Shown piece after piece: positions 35,901-50,884 of a DNA stretch of 64,000 nucleotides. How positions within the stretch are numbered: the stretch's first letter is position 1; each line of letters starts with the position of its first letter. Under the pieces are notes generated by a model that made no database searches, had not been told where the DNA came from, and saw only the letters and a program-made list of their open reading frames with translations. The DNA comes from Bugula neritina (Eukaryota; Animalia; Bryozoa). Position numbers and translations under genes: made by a program. The stretch lies in the NCBI GenBank assembly GCA_964035545.1, contig OZ037773.1, positions 62,001 to 126,000 of the forward strand, read 5' to 3'.

Positions 35901-38128
35901 ACTATGGGCTGGCTCTATGAGGCCTCGTTCCAGAGGATCCTGGAGCTGTCGGCTGACCTTCTTTTCCGGTCCCAACCTGCGTGTGGGTTGCCAAATAGGG
36001 ACTGTACCTGCAGTCAGCGGTATCTCGTGTCTGACAGCTCTAGTCAGTTCCACGTCATTGTCTCCGCTGCTGAACACATCACCGTAGTCGCGCAGCAACT
36101 TCGCCATGGCCTGGCATTCCTCGTTGCTTGCACAGCCACCACAGGCCGTCTCATACAACTCCTTGATGTGTGATGAAACAGTCCCCCGCCCTTTTTGCGG
36201 GCGCTGAGGGGGCCTTCCGTCGCGTCTCCCAGCGACGGTCCACGTCCTTTTCCTGGACAGAGTGAAAGCGGCCCAGCATGGATCCGGCAGGTAGCTTTAT
36301 GGACTCCGTGAAGGGGTTTACGCACTGCACCAAGATCTCTCTATGCGCAGTCAGCTGGTTTAGACTGCTAGCAAGTTGGACTCTAGCGTGTGCACCTTCC
36401 ACCACCCCCAGTCCGGAGATCTGGCTATTATTCACCCTGCAGTGAATAGTAGCCTGGGAGCGGCCTAGTATTGTACAGTTCTGTACTACATGCACGCCTC
36501 CCACTAGAGGACAGCCAAACTTATCGACACAGGCAAGTTCCCGCCCGGACATCACCATCACAGACTTGCTAAAGTCAATGTGACATCCGTGCCATTCCAG
36601 GAACGGCATCCCGAGAATAGCATCCTCTTTAAGCTGACTGACGATAAACGTCTCTTGGATAGCTTGATCTCGGATGCGTCCCGTCAGCTCAATTATACCA
36701 TAGAAGGGAATGCACGACCCGTCAGCCAGGGTGCCATACTCCCCATCGTATGGTTCCATCTCGCTCCTGACCCTAGTGCTGAGGATGTCGAAAAGTTGGC
36801 GACTTATGAGGTTCGTGGTACAGCCCGAATCGAGCAGGAAGGTAACAGCTTTACCCGCAATCTTGCCGAGTAGGAAATAGCTGTTCCCATGGGGCTGCAC
36901 CCGCACTCTTGCAGGAAGCACCTCTCTCGCTTTAAGTCGGGGAGGTGGTCGTTTGGAACGGTAGTAGGGTGACCTCGGAGGAGGGGGAGGCAAGTTTCCT
37001 GGCACCTGCACTGGTCCCCATTCCGATTCTTAGGCCGGTAGCCCGCCGAATAGGTTGTGGAGTGGCATAGAGAAGGTAACAGCGGGGCGGGGCCCCTTAC
37101 CTGTCCGTCGCAGCTGCTGCCACCCGTAGTTGTTAGCACGCGGTACCCGTCTGGGTGACCTACGTTTCTTTTTCCATGGGGGATTCATCGCCGGCCCGCA
37201 AAAGGCGGAAACATCTGCGGGCCACGATAGCTTAACCCCGGAGCAAGATGAGGGCAATATCTGCGGAAATGTCCTTGGTTTCCACATTCTCAGCAAAAAC
37301 TAACTGCTTCCCCTGGTGGCGGTGCCAGTGGCCGTGGAGGCCCGCAGGCGGTACCTACCGGGGTTTTGTGTGTCAGTGCTGTCACCAGTTTAGCCAACAT
37401 GTCGGTCAGTTGGGCGACCTTCGATGCGGCGGTCAACTGTCCCACGGCAGCGGCCGTGGGGGGTTTGCCTCAAGATCAGCCGGAGCGACTGTGGACTCTA
37501 CCTCCACCTGGCGGGAAACCCCGCGGTTCCTATGCATCTGGTTTGCCAGAAGATAGGCTTCCCCTTCTGCAAGAGCGCCTTCGACTGTGGTAACTCCCCT
37601 AGCTAGAAATTGATGATGGAGTCTCAAGTCGTTGATAGATTGCACAAAGGCGTCAAAAGTATACCTCTCACGGTTAACTTGAGGTAGATCGCTATACGCA
37701 ATCTGCGCCAGCTTCATCACCGTGGCAATATGTTCTTGTAGCAGGGTGTAAGGATCACGCCGCAGCCTTTGTAGTCCGGCCCGAGCGTCTATGGCAGAGA
37801 TGCCAAAGTTGGCCCGTAGAGAAGCAGAGATGCTGTCGATGTCCGGTCCTAACCCATAGGGCTTGGCCTTATCCATCAACGACATTCTGAGCTTCAGCAG
37901 GGCCACTCTGGGTGGCCATTGGGCAACATCCATAATGTCGCTGAACTCTTGTATGAATTGTTCCACTTCCTCTTTGCCCGTGAAGGTGGGTGCCTTTAAC
38001 CGGTAACAGTCCTCGTTTAGCTCCTTCGGAGCTCTTCGCTCTTCTACTACATAATTACAAGGAACAAGATCATTTCCACGCTCACCTTCTATCGGCTGCG
38101 GGGGTGTTCGAGCATCCTCAGTCTCCAT
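32904..38128 (-). pseudogene. gag-pol pseudogene of A2
   Basis: Same lesions as A1, plus integrase ORF 33539-34480 and tail 32904-33347. Confidence 0.93.
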
Positions 38129-38163
38129 CGTTGATGTGCACAGTGTCCCACTGCTGCCACCAC

Positions 38164-38525
38164 TGTTATCTTTTCAGTATTGTGGGTTAGTGTGCAATCG
38201 AGTGACTTTCTATCATGTAAGCTAGATCAATTTCACCAGTGACATTCGAATTATAATAATATATTTGATACAATGATACACAATCTAAAAACTACATCTA
38301 TCAGAATACATCGACAGCTACTCAACACAATGTCTACAGTTTGCCACACTATTCCTAACTGACTGTTACGCGAGAAGTCACAGCTACTAATAATAGTTCA
38401 TGATTCCTATTGGCGGGTTGCTGTCTCGGGTCATCTTCTTAATATACTTAGTGACCCCGTGCTGTACTTAGAAGGGAATTAACATTTACCCCGTTATTAC
38501 GATGGTAGCTCCACGAGCCACCACA
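38164..38525 (-). repeat. 5' LTR of A2
   Basis: Duplicate of 3968-4329. Confidence 0.88.
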
Positions 38526-39700
38526 ATAATACGGTTATACTAGTAGTAGGTCTAATTGTTACACTAATGCTAATGATCATACCATTAGTAATAGTAATGC
38601 TAATGCTTAGTTATACTTATACATATGTTATAGTTTTTACTCATTTATCGAATACAATTTTTATGGAGCTATAACATAAGTATTTAAAGTATAACCAAGT
38701 ATTGCTGATAAAGTAGCTAATAATAGTAATTTAAAAATAATCACTCTTGCAGTTACAACTGATGATCATACTTGTGCTCAAACTGACACATTAAAATTAC
38801 ATTTAGTTTTACTGGTGTCACAACTCACCAGGTGATACTATTGATCATTTATTTTCATGGTTATGAACTTGAAACCCATTATCAGTAATGACTATGAATA
38901 AGAGTCATACTAATAGTCTAATACCATATTTTTTACCATTAGTAATATTGTTGTACTAATACTAATAGTAATATTAGAAGATCAATTTTAAGCTCTTTTG
39001 ATTTCACTTTGTGTTCATTTTCAGGGAATACTCAAACCAATTGATAAGAATAATTTTGATTAAATGCACAAAATCAATGAATGTAATTTACATTGGCTGA
39101 AATATTGAGTTTTACTTAGTCTTACCCTTCCTTATAGTTATAATAGCCTGTATTAGTAATAATATTGTAATGGAGCTTATACTGAAAGTAGTATCAATTT
39201 TAATGTATGATTACTATTTTTTCAAGGAATAGCTTGGAAGACACCAATGGCAGAACTCAATAGCTAAAACTTAACACTAAGTTGGTTCTTGAAATAAAAT
39301 ATATGATTGACAAGAATCTAATTACTTGACTTCCTGAAAATTGATTGAAATGTAAGTATTTGTTGCTTTCCTAGTATTTTATTTGTGTTATAATAGCTGT
39401 TGATATATGCTGGATTATTTTGGTCTGTAGTTGACACTGAATTTATGTACCCATTACTTTATTATGCTGGAGGGTTTAAATCACTTTTGAATTATGATAA
39501 AACTTTTTTGTTTGACTTATTTAGGATATTTGTGTAGTGAGATACATTACATAATATCATATTACATTTAACTTTCTAATTGTATTCAGCAAATCTATTT
39601 TTGTAGATAAATATAAATTTTAAAATATGTAAAATTAAAACTATTTAATCCAACTGTGCAATCCATTTAATTAACCACAACTTTCTGCTGGTTGTATGTA

Positions 39701-40498
39701 TGAGGGCAATTCAAAAAGTAAAGATAATTTTGCCATAAGTCAAGTTGTAATCGAATTAGGCACTTGATTTTTTTCAGCATAATTTCTTGGCCAGCAAACA
39801 CCTTTCTGTCATCTTGGTACTATCTTTTTTATTTCCTCAGCATAAGATTCGGTAGATTGACTCAGTAAAATTTCGCTCGAAGTAGTTTGGACCTTGTCAT
39901 GAGTCTCCTTGTGAACGAATAGTTTCGGTGTGAAACTTAGAGCACCAAAGAAATGGTACTTACAAGGTGAAGGACTAGGATTCTCCAATCGTTAAGGACT
40001 TAGTTGATGTTCTCAATGGTTTGAATGGCAGATTATGGCCTTCCGGTGTCTTTGTGGATATTACACTGTAATTACATGCCTATTCTCTTCTACTTACTCT
40101 CTTTCTAAACCTAGATGAAATACACTGTTTATTAAATTAGCAAAGTTGTCGTTCAATGCTGTTACTTTCCTGACTGCCCTGACAAAAGTCTCTAAATTCT
40201 CCAAATTGACTGGTCTAGCCGCCTCTTCTGCTATTGGCCTACCTGACTCAGGTTCACTCTCCAAAGAGGTTGTTCTTTCCTTAAAACTGTTAGCCCATTT
40301 AAAAACTTGGTTTTGGTTTTAATAACTGTCACCATATTAAGCTTTCATTCCCCTATAAATTTCACTTAGTCTGACTCCCTGAAATGATTACTGTGTAAAG
40401 ACAACTTCTGAAACAACGTAATATTAAAAAGATAGGTACATATTACAATTATATTTAGTTTTATAAAGAAATTATCTTTACTTTTCAAATCGCCCTCG
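39701..40498 (-). mobile_element. Deleted mariner element (duplicate copy)
   Basis: Duplicate of 5505-6302. Confidence 0.82.
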
Positions 40499-40851
40499 TA
40501 ATTCTTTAAGTAAGCATTATGTGTGTCTGTTGCCTTGTTAAAATACTTGCCTATTCAAGTATTTTTGAGTCATTGGTTTTAATTATTTGAAACTTGGTTA
40601 GTCTGTGACTTGGTTTGCTTTGACTTGCTGTTACCTCAACATGACTCTGGTCACACTGCTTTCTGTTGTACACACTAATTCATCAGCGCTCATTTGGTGG
40701 GCAACTTCATACAATATAATAATAGCATTAGCTTATATAAATTTCTCTCTTTTTAGCATTACTTTTCCCTGGCAAGTTAATTAGCTACTGTATATCTCAG
40801 TCTATGAGCCAGTATGTATAATGTTTCCTATGATTTGTTGTTTTCAGGAAA

Positions 40852-43800
40852 ATGAAACTTTCCTGGATAACCATTTTCAAAATACTTCTAGCATCTAGCT
40901 ACACTTTTGGTGAGTTTATATTTTTAAAGCTAACATCTCCAGTGTTTGTTAAATCTGGTTCTTGATTTTTAATGAATCGCTCTAATGACAGCTCTATTCC
41001 CTTCAGATATGATTCCTATGCTTACACAACTGTAAATAACAAAATGCCTTATTTCAACTTGTAATGTTTGTGAAATTCTAATGTGGCTGTTGGCTAGTTT
41101 AGCAGTGATTTTTTGACGTTTTTTATGCACCTACAGAGACTTTCAATAAATAAAACATATCGATTAAAGATACTGAAAAACATCCACCGGTACTTAGTTT
41201 AAAAGAGTTCCTTCTGTTTTGTTGCCTTTTTATGCAGTACATGATGTCATAGGTCATGCAGTATTCCCAGTTTAAATCAGTTTAAATATATAGCAACATA
41301 CCTACACATACCTATATAACGTTATATTGATTGCTAAACATGAAATAATAGATAATATGAATTCTTTGGAATAATATTCCAATTTTTACGAATTTTTGTG
41401 AGACAAAAAGACAGTATAATTCATTAAAAATAGACATTATCTTTAATGAATAGTTATTAATGAAATATTTTTTCTAATAACAAAAAGTATAGAAAATGAA
41501 AAATTATTAACTTAATGCAGATCAAAGGAATTTATTTATGTGCTAACTGCTAAATAACAAGCAATTGATCTAAATTTATTTAAATGTTTATATATTCCAA
41601 TAAGATTCAAATAATTTGCACAAAAAAATATATTTTACAAAAAATAAATAAATAGTGTCCAACTGGGAAGTGTCTATCTTGGGATCACACCTTTTAATAT
41701 ATTTATAGTCTTAAAAATGTTCGAAGGATTTAATTAATCATCTTGGTTATCAATATATTTGCGTTGTTCGTTTTTGAAAAAAATGTTTTGTAGCAGTCAT
41801 AAGAAGTTGTGAGAGTTGGACAAGAATTTTGATTTGTTTTGTTTTTTATCAAAGTGTTACATAACAGCCAGGATAAGTTGGACAAGATTCATTTTTCCTT
41901 TTTGCAATGTAGGTTCTGGTGAGCTAAACTGTTGAATCTATTTATGTTTAGCTGAACCATCTACAGAGATAGACTACACTACTCCAAGCTCACCTGACTT
42001 CTATAAAGGTGAGGAGATAACCTTCACATGTGAAGCATATGGTTATACTGATCTGAGAAGCTTACGGTTACGATATGAAGCTGATGGAGGCAGTACAGTC
42101 TCTCAAAGTGGATGTGGTCGAAGTGCTGAGGATGACACAGTATGGGAGAGTGCACCATCTCCAGATATTATTACTGTCTCTGGAATAGAAGGACCTGGAG
42201 TCAGTAATGCACACTGTAGTTCTATTGGTAAACCTGAAGGGTTCACTTTTTCTGTACAACTCACTGCAACTGATTCATCACTCAGAGGGAAGTTCTACTG
42301 TAAAGGGTTTGAAGGAGGAAGTGTGGGAGAAATTCTCTCCTCAGAAGTTTCAATGGAAGTCAAAGGTGAACACTTCAAACTAGTTTCTTTGGTCACTGAT
42401 AGCCTTTATATACCACTTTAGCATTTTCTAGTACAACTTCTCATAGTTTTTACCAACTTCCTGCTTCCTCCTGATAGACAAATTTAACTGTTCCCAAGAT
42501 TGGTATTGTTGGTATTAAAATAGTATGTTTGGTATGCATTATATGGATAGTGGATAGTATTTGTTTTATTTGGCCATTGTTGGATGATTCTGTCCAATAT
42601 CTCATGAGAAGATCTAATGATAAAATTCAACTTATCCCATGATGATGGTGGTTAGTTAAATCAAAATAGTATATTTGCTATCGTTGTTGGGTAGAGGACA
42701 AATTTTAGTTTATTATACCTTTGTTGGAGATTTTCTGGTCAGAATCACATAAGGATATCTGGTTGGCATGTAGTTTTAAATAACTGTTATCATAGACAGA
42801 CTTGGAATGTTGCAGTGTTGCTGTTTAAATTTACACTTTTTATTGCTACAATTTACCCAGAATATAGCACATGGTCTTTACTGCAGTCCTAACCTAATTT
42901 ACAATACATTGATGCACCTGTATTTGAAAATGTATATTATGCACTCTTTCATTCTACAGTTGCACCAACTGGCATATCACTTAATAAACCAGCAACTATT
43001 ATAGAAGGGGAAGAGTTTACCTTTGATTGTAACTCTACAGGAGCAGATCCTGTGTCAGTCTATGAATACAGTAAGTATATACATGTCTAAATGTTGTGCA
43101 ACAAGCTTTCCCAGGCTTTCTATCTAAGAAACTAGAAACAAATTAAATTTTTTGATTTAATTAACAACAAACTAGGTTTTAGTTTAGCTAATTATTTTAT
43201 ACAAGTGATGTAATATACAGTGGTCCCTCCATATCTCAGAGCTGTCCATTCCTGACAAAGTAACATAGGACATGAGAAGAACTTGAATTTTCTTTTTGTG
43301 ACTTATGTATATGTGTGTATATAGAGACAAAATGTTGGCATTTAAGCGTTCTGTGAGTTAACTCTGGTATTCTGCTATGTCACAGATAAGGGTATCAGAC
43401 CAGTAGGTTTCGAGGGAGCACTGTATTCCTATTTAATTATATAAATATTTGAATGTTGTAAAACTCTGAGAATATTATCTAATGAGTTTACAATAGTTTA
43501 TAAATCGGTTTGCTATAATAGATTGAAATGTAAGAAGTTAGATGATTGGACAAAAAGTGTCTACAGTCTTTTTCAGTTTCAATTAAATAACCAATAATAT
43601 TCATCAACCACAAACTAACTCGCCTGTTATATCGTGAAATTTTTTATTAGAATTAAGCTGGAACTAATTTTTTTTTGCTGAAAGAAGGTTTAGGGCTGAT
43701 TTAGCAACTGTAACAAAAACATTTTTCTAATTTATTTTTAAAGTATTGCAGGAAAGTAGAAAATGTGCACAGATAAGTCCTGAGCGAATTTACCATAGAA

Positions 43801-45254
43801 GTGTGCTTGTAGACTGTATTTATACTTTTTACTTCTTCTCTGGTAGTTTTCTTGTCATGACACACTTCACTTATGCAGTATTAAAATATTCTTATATATG
43901 TTAGTTTTCATTTGCATTCTGTTTTATAATGAATTTTGTTCGAGTATGTGCTGAAATGATTTAGGATTTCTGATTGCATGAAAATCAAATTTTCAGTCAC
44001 CCTTACCTTTACCTTTACCATTCAACCTTAAAAGAGTATGTAAATGAAAACTAACACATTACTATAAGAATCTTTCAGTACTGCATCGGTGAAGTGTGCA
44101 GGGAGTCTTTAAAGAATTAGTATACATAGACATGTTTTATTTATTAGAGGTAAATGGTAACACAGTGGCTGAAAAATATACTCCTACTGAGGCAGACAGA
44201 GCTGGACTAACTTTATCTTGTACAGATACGAAACATTCTAACTGGAAGAGAGGGAATACTGAACAAACTGTTGCCATCACACCACAGTGTAAGTAAGCAC
44301 CATCAATATTTTTCTTGTTATACCTACTTTTTGAATGTGAAATTTCTAGTTCACATGTAAGGTGCTAGACCAGGGGTGTCCAACCTTTCAAAGGGAGTGC
44401 CACTGAAGGGGAATATTCCAGTGGCAAGAGCCATATTTTGAACTTTAGTTTGAACTGGGTACCGCAGCGTCAGTTATTTTTAGATATTTTATTCTAAAGT
44501 CTTATTTATCAATACAAAATAAAGTCCCAATAGTTACTGCATACTACATTTTGTAGCATTTATATAAATAATACATTTAAAAGGTGGTTTTTCTCTCAAA
44601 TTCATATATGTGTGAAAAATAGTTTTATTTGTTATGCCTTTGAGAGCCACATAAATGTAGGCTGGGGGCCACATCCGGTCCTAGGGCCTCCTGTTAGACA
44701 GCCCTGTGCTATGAATTTTGTTTTTGTAGACTTGGATAGAAAGGCTGATGCTCCAGATCCCATTGTGAAAGAACTCAACCCTGGACAACCTGATGCTAGA
44801 CTATATTGTAGCCAACATGTGGATGCCAACCCACCACCCTCTACATTCACTTGGACATATAATGGAGTTGTGACAACTGAATCATCCAATGAGCTGACTC
44901 TAATTCCTCGAAATAACAGTGTAACAGAAACAGCTGAATGTACAGCTGCAAATGGCTTATGTAAGAATCAGCACTCATATACAAATGAATGAGAATTGTA
45001 AATGTTTTTTCTAATTTGCTAATGTTAGTCGTAGATATTCAAGTTTCAACTTAGTTTTTCTTTAAAATTTCTTTAAATCGATTTCAGCAAAGACAGTGAC
45101 TATCAAATGGAACATAATGTGGAAGGATACTGCTACAATACCCTCTCCAACCCCCACTACAACTGCTGTGAACAAGGGCGGTCTGATAGGTGGCATATTT
45201 TCTACTTTCATCACAGTGATAGTTGCAATAGTAGTCTCAACAGTGATTAGATAA
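40852..45254 (+). CDS. IgSF membrane protein gene copy 2 (exons 40852-40909, 41952-42365, 42960-43070, 44148-44288, 44730-44960, 45088-45254; probable last exon 46839-46891)
   Basis: Duplicate of 6656-11058 with the same splice sites and the same post-TM TAA. Confidence 0.83.
43218..43423. mobile_element. pogo/Tigger-like MITE (duplicate)
   Basis: Duplicate of 9022-9227. Confidence 0.6.
44371..44706. mobile_element. hAT MITE (duplicate)
   Basis: Duplicate of 10175-10510. Confidence 0.7.
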
Positions 45255-48200
45255 TCAAAAGGTATGCTTTTGTTATCCATTGCTGGAATTATAATAAATT
45301 ATTATAAAATGTAATAGGTGCTAAGAAACCGAGTCATACATTGCATTAAATGTAGTTGCAGCAAATACAAACTGCCACTGTGTAAAATGAAGGGCGTTTA
45401 AACAGGTTAATTGGACTCCTTTTCTTGCGTAGTGTCGCTAAATGGCAATTGTGACTGGATACCCTTCTTAGCATCACTAGCAGTCTTTGCTGGGAATAGT
45501 AGCAAGAAATAGTTATTTATCACTTTTTGTATAAGCTGATCCACCAGAAAATCAATAATAAGTATTACACAAAACTGACATATTGTAGGGAACATATGCT
45601 ATTCACTAATTATGCAGGTATATAAGACTAAAGCTGATAACTGCCAACATAGAGTATTGATATCATTTATTTAGTAAGAATTATACATGAGTTAAATAGA
45701 GTACACAAGTGTGTAGAATTACATAACTTGACAAATAATAAGCATGCAACCTAACTATTCAAGTGTTACTATTCAACTGCTGATGCACGCTGCTTATGAT
45801 CTCACATTATTAGCTCCATCCCAAAGCATTAGCTGCAGCTACTGATGCAAGCTGCTAATGTTTGTATGATCATTAGCTCCATTCTAATTGGTTGATCCCA
45901 TTCATTTTTCACAGAAGTAGCGTAACAATGTAGGCAGTACCAGGCTGAGTGTAGCTTAGCGTATCCAAGACATGAGAGCAGTGGAGTAATTATAAGAGTT
46001 GCCCTTCCGATATACCATAAATCACCACAATATATAACACCTCAGCAACAATAGAAGGATGACGAACTGTTGAAAACAAACAATATTCAATTGCCTACCA
46101 TCATAGATCATCTACTTGGCTTATACTGTTCAACTAGCCTGCCTTTGAGTTTTGAGTAATATCTATACCACAGCAATTGGGCAAATGTGATTGGTCACTT
46201 GAGTTTCACTCATTTCGATCAAGTGGCATAATTTTAAGATTGGAAAATCTTATTAGTGTGGCCTTAATCCAACCTATTTTGTCCCATTCAGTTTCGGATT
46301 GTCAAGATTTTATTGTCTCTTTGATCTCATTTCAGTATCCTGATTATTAATATGTACTGAACTTCTTTATAAGTATTTCTCCACTTTTGACAGCAACTTT
46401 TCAGTTCAGTCACTTCTATTTTTATGTGCAATGTTTGTATTTGATTTGAAATTAAACCAATTGATAATACAGTCAAATTTTTTACTCAAACTATCATGAT
46501 CTTTAGTTGATTAAATTTGCTTTTATCAACTTTTTCAACAATATTGTTTTCACTGGTACAGTTCGCTCCATTCTAATGTAACCATGTAACATTAGGCTTC
46601 AAACTTTTCACCCAGCTCAACTATACACTGCGGTTCCATGACTGCTCATTGTGCGAATGAATGTCCTCACCGATTATTTGTGGTTTGCATTAGCTTATAG
46701 TTGGAGTTTCATTCAATGCAACTATTTCTCTTGGCCAATTTCTTTATGAAGCCTGTGCACAAAATGTGTCATTAAGCAATTGTTTCTGATTGGTTTGTGT
46801 GTTACGTTAGTTTAAAATAACATTATTGTCATTTGCAGAAAACAAACTCCAAAATAATGAGAATACAGGAGACCCCAAAAGAACGAGATGAGACTTTCAC
46901 TGTCTTTTTGCAGATACATTAGCTATTGATAAAATCTCACTCATTTTTACTGAAGAAACAAAATAGATATTGGGTGTGTTGACGTTCTCTCCCCTAACTG
47001 CCAAATTTCTCTATACTATGAAATGCATTTGGAATTTGAAGTTTTTATTCTGTAGATTATTTCGCTATTGAAACTATTTGTTTTTTCATGATTGTGATTT
47101 GCTTCATGTTTTTTTTCTGTTTCATTTCATGTATTGTTCAAAATGACTACAATAACATTTTACACTCTGTACCAAAATAATGATCAATAAATTGGTAACA
47201 GTTTTATGCATACCTTGATGCAGATACTTTTATTTGAAACTCATGAGACGTACCTACCAAATTTAAAGTCGAAATCATACAATTGATCAGTGAAATCCAT
47301 GTTAAACAAGGTTTTCAACAATATCTAAGGAATGCTTTGCAGATTTGAGAGATCTTCTGAACAATATAGCATTCTGAAAATTAGCAAAAATCACAGCAAC
47401 TAAAATTGCTGTCATTAAAATAATAATAATAATAATTACTTTGTACAAATATATAGACAGATTAACAGTTGATAGAAGTTATTGCAGTAAGTGTGTTTAG
47501 TACTAATATATATATATAGTTCACAAAACTGTTGTTGAGCTTTTCATCAAAATAAAACTAAATTATTTATACAGAACAATCAATCCAAAAAAGAATGAAA
47601 AAGTTTATCAAAAAACCCAACAAAAAGTAACAGGAAACAAAACAAAAAGTAGTTGTATAATTGGAGATGAAAAAAAATTTAACCAAGTTATATATTGTAT
47701 GCAGATAAACTAGTTTATTAAAAAATTTGGTGAGGTTATAAAATTTTTGCAAGGCCACTCCTAACCCTCACTAGGGTTGGAACCTGAGACCCCCATTTCC
47801 CAAAGCAAGTGCTAACCAGTACACCACATGTATGACTGGGTAGTCTCATCACCGTACATGCATATGTATATACACATACACAGAATGATTCAAGCGTAAA
47901 TCTCTTTGAAATGGCAATAATATTATGCATTCATCTCACTAAAAGTATGAAGTTGATTATTATCTCTTTTCATTTTAATGATATTTTAGTTGAGGCAACA
48001 GTTTGACTGCAAACTATTCTTGAATAAATTAACCTGCAGTAATCAGCCTCTGCACCTCTTCATGCATAACAGGTTGGACTTCTGCTTCTTTCCATTTCTT
48101 AAGCATAAAAGTTTTTTTTTCTGTTAACACAACAATGCTACTAAAAAGCACCCACAATTTACCTTTACAGATGACTACTTTTTGTACTAATAGAAAACTC

Positions 48201-48559
48201 AATGCTCATTGCCTGTACTCAAAATAAAATTTGGAACGCTATTATTCAAGAAAAAAAATTAAAAAAAACCTCAACAAATTTATTCAATGAAATCCATAAC
48301 CCTGCTAAATTAACAATTGTTTTTGCCAGAGACAGATATTGTAATGGTTAGAAGAAGTATACCTCCCAGTACCTCCTGCTAAACATGACTATAGATTATG
48401 GTGAAACTACCATCAAGGACGACAACTTCACAAACCCTTGCCGCATGCCGGTGCCCTATTAGTAACTACGGATGACACCGCCGGAATCTGTGTCATTCAA
48501 TCGGAATCCACTCTGTGTATATAAGCAATGTGCGTGTGCGTGCGTACGTCTGCGCGCGT

Positions 48560-48741
48560 GTGTGTATGGAAGGAGTGCATAGAGAGTGTGTATGGAAGGA
48601 GTGGATAGAGAGTGTGTATGGAAGGGGTGGATAGAGAGTGTGTATGGAAGGGGTGGATAGAGTATATAGAAGGAGTGGATAGAGAGAGCATGAGAGGAGT
48701 GGATAGAAAGTGTGTGTAAGGGGAGAGTGTATGGTAGAATA
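48560..48741. repeat. ~26-bp minisatellite (duplicate)
   Basis: Duplicate of 14364-14545. Confidence 0.85.
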
Positions 48742-49375
48742 CATGGTAGAGTAAATTTTCAATCAGAAATTCAGGACATATAGTATAGCCATACAAACAC
48801 CATGACATAAAAGTTTTATAATTAATGCATTAAATAGCACCAAAACATTATTCAAAGGTACAAATTACCCTTTTTATTGATAGTAAAAATTTAATTTAGG
48901 TCATATTATACTGATATAGAATAATTTATGAAAACGTGCTATAACAATTATAATCTCTACAATGTCGATTATCTGCGAGATTTCTTGGCAGCTTTTTATC
49001 AGTAGTTTGTCTTTGCTTAGTGCAACCCAATGGCAAGTTAAAAGTTTCTAGTAGGTTATAGTATTGCAAGTATTTTTCATTTGCGCATTTGACACATGTG
49101 CATTAGTCTCTAAAAGTAAAGACAGCTATAAATTGTTTTTGTTGCTCTTGTAAACATGAGAATTGTTTACTGAATGGAAAAGCATATCATTCCTTTCTAC
49201 TTTGAAAACTCCAGGGTCTCCTACTAACTGCAGTGTGATATATTTCTTTCAACTCTGTAGTGTATATTGCTTCGCAGCTTATCTGGTACTTAGTAACGTC
49301 AGTCATGCAGCATTTGGATGCTCTCCTCTTCAGTATTTATGCCTACTTGGCAAACAATTTTACCATCTTTTAAAG

Positions 49376-49744
49376 AGACAAACAGACTAACAGAGAAACT
49401 AGTGAACAGACAGACTATCAGAGAAACTAGCGAACAGACAGACTATCAGAGAAACTGGTGAACAGACAGACTATCAGAGAAACTAGTGAACAGACAGACT
49501 AGCAGAAGAACTAGTGAACAGACAGACTATCAGAGAAACTAGTGAACAGACAGACTAGCAGAGAAACTAGTAAACAAACAGACTATCAGAGAAACTGGTG
49601 AACAGACAGACTAGCAGAGAAACTAGTGAACAAACAGACTATCAGAGAAACTAGTGAACAGACAGACTATCAGAGAAACTGGTGAACAGACAGACTATCA
49701 GAGAAAGTAGTGAACAAACAGACTAGCAGGGGAACTAGTGAATG
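49376..49744. repeat. 28-bp minisatellite (duplicate)
   Basis: Duplicate of 15180-15548. Confidence 0.93.
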
Positions 49745-49901
49745 GACATGGATAAGAAAATCAAAACAACGGAAATGCATTGTGGGGAGGAGCAGTGAGA
49801 ATTATAGATTCTGGGTTTCCCGAATTTACACAACTTACTCTGCTTGGAAAAAAGAGCTATTGAATAATACTCTTCTTTACGATAAGAATCTGTGCGGACG
49901 C

Positions 49902-49902
<1 letters not shown>

Positions 49903-49960
<58 letters not shown>

Positions 49961-50017
49961 AGTACGTGTGTGTGTGTGCGTGTGTGTGTGCGTGTGCGTA
50001 TGCGTGTGTGCGTGTGT
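49903..50017. repeat. (GT)n microsatellite (10 nt longer than copy 1)
   Basis: Direct reading. Confidence 0.95.
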
Positions 50018-50884
50018 AGTGTTGAGATTTGAAGACCGTATAAACTGCAGTAGTTTTCCCTTTGTCATTTGAAAGCATTTATTTAAAAGTTTGTTACTTA
50101 ATTAAAATATTTTTATCCTTTAATCACATTATTTTATTGTAATTTATAAAATTTCATGCCAATACTATTGTTATAGAGAAGTTACAGAGAAGTAAGATAA
50201 GATTTGAAGTTATCTTCTCTCTGAGCCAAGAGGTCACTCAGATTGATACGGTACGCACTTTAGCCAATTGACTTACAGAAATGAGATGACATCTTAAAAC
50301 AAAATTTTCAAACCTAGATTAATTTTTACACTGTTGTCATATAAAGTTAGGTTATTTCTTGCTATAGATTGAAGAGAAAATATTTACTTTAGTGTATCTG
50401 TGTTATTAGCTTTACCCCTAGTTTGCTATCAGTTCATCAATCTACCAACATTCCGACGGGAGCAGATAAAACTGTATCTTCAGCTGTTTTAAGACTGACT
50501 TGTGGTCACACTGTAGTGGGCAGTGAAGCGTAGGGCCATGTGCTCACTAGCCAATTACATGCGGACACGTGACCTTTTCCCGGTATTATAACTGGGTTCT
50601 AGTTTATGTTAGTAGTGTGCTCAGTCGGAGCGTGATGTTGTATACAATCAGAGATCTTACGTTTTATATGTGTATTCTTAACTAGTGTTACTTATATTTT
50701 ATCAGTGTGTATCAAATATATCTACTATCGCAACTCTCCGTCTAGTACTTCAACATGCAACGTGGATAACTAGATAATACACGAACTCCCACACTTAATA
50801 TAATTGCAAAATGATAACAGTGGTGGCAGCGGTGAGATTCTGTATACTGACACGGATGCAACCTGACTGAAGACTACAACCAAG

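Larger units (their letters stand above)
31684..38525 (-). mobile_element. Degenerate chimeric Gypsy element A2 (X-type 5' LTR, Y-type 3' LTR)
   Basis: 5' LTR 38164-38525; PBS 38145-38162; gag 37185-38128; broken pol to ~32904; PPT 31999-32012; 3' LTR 31684-31998. Confidence 0.92.
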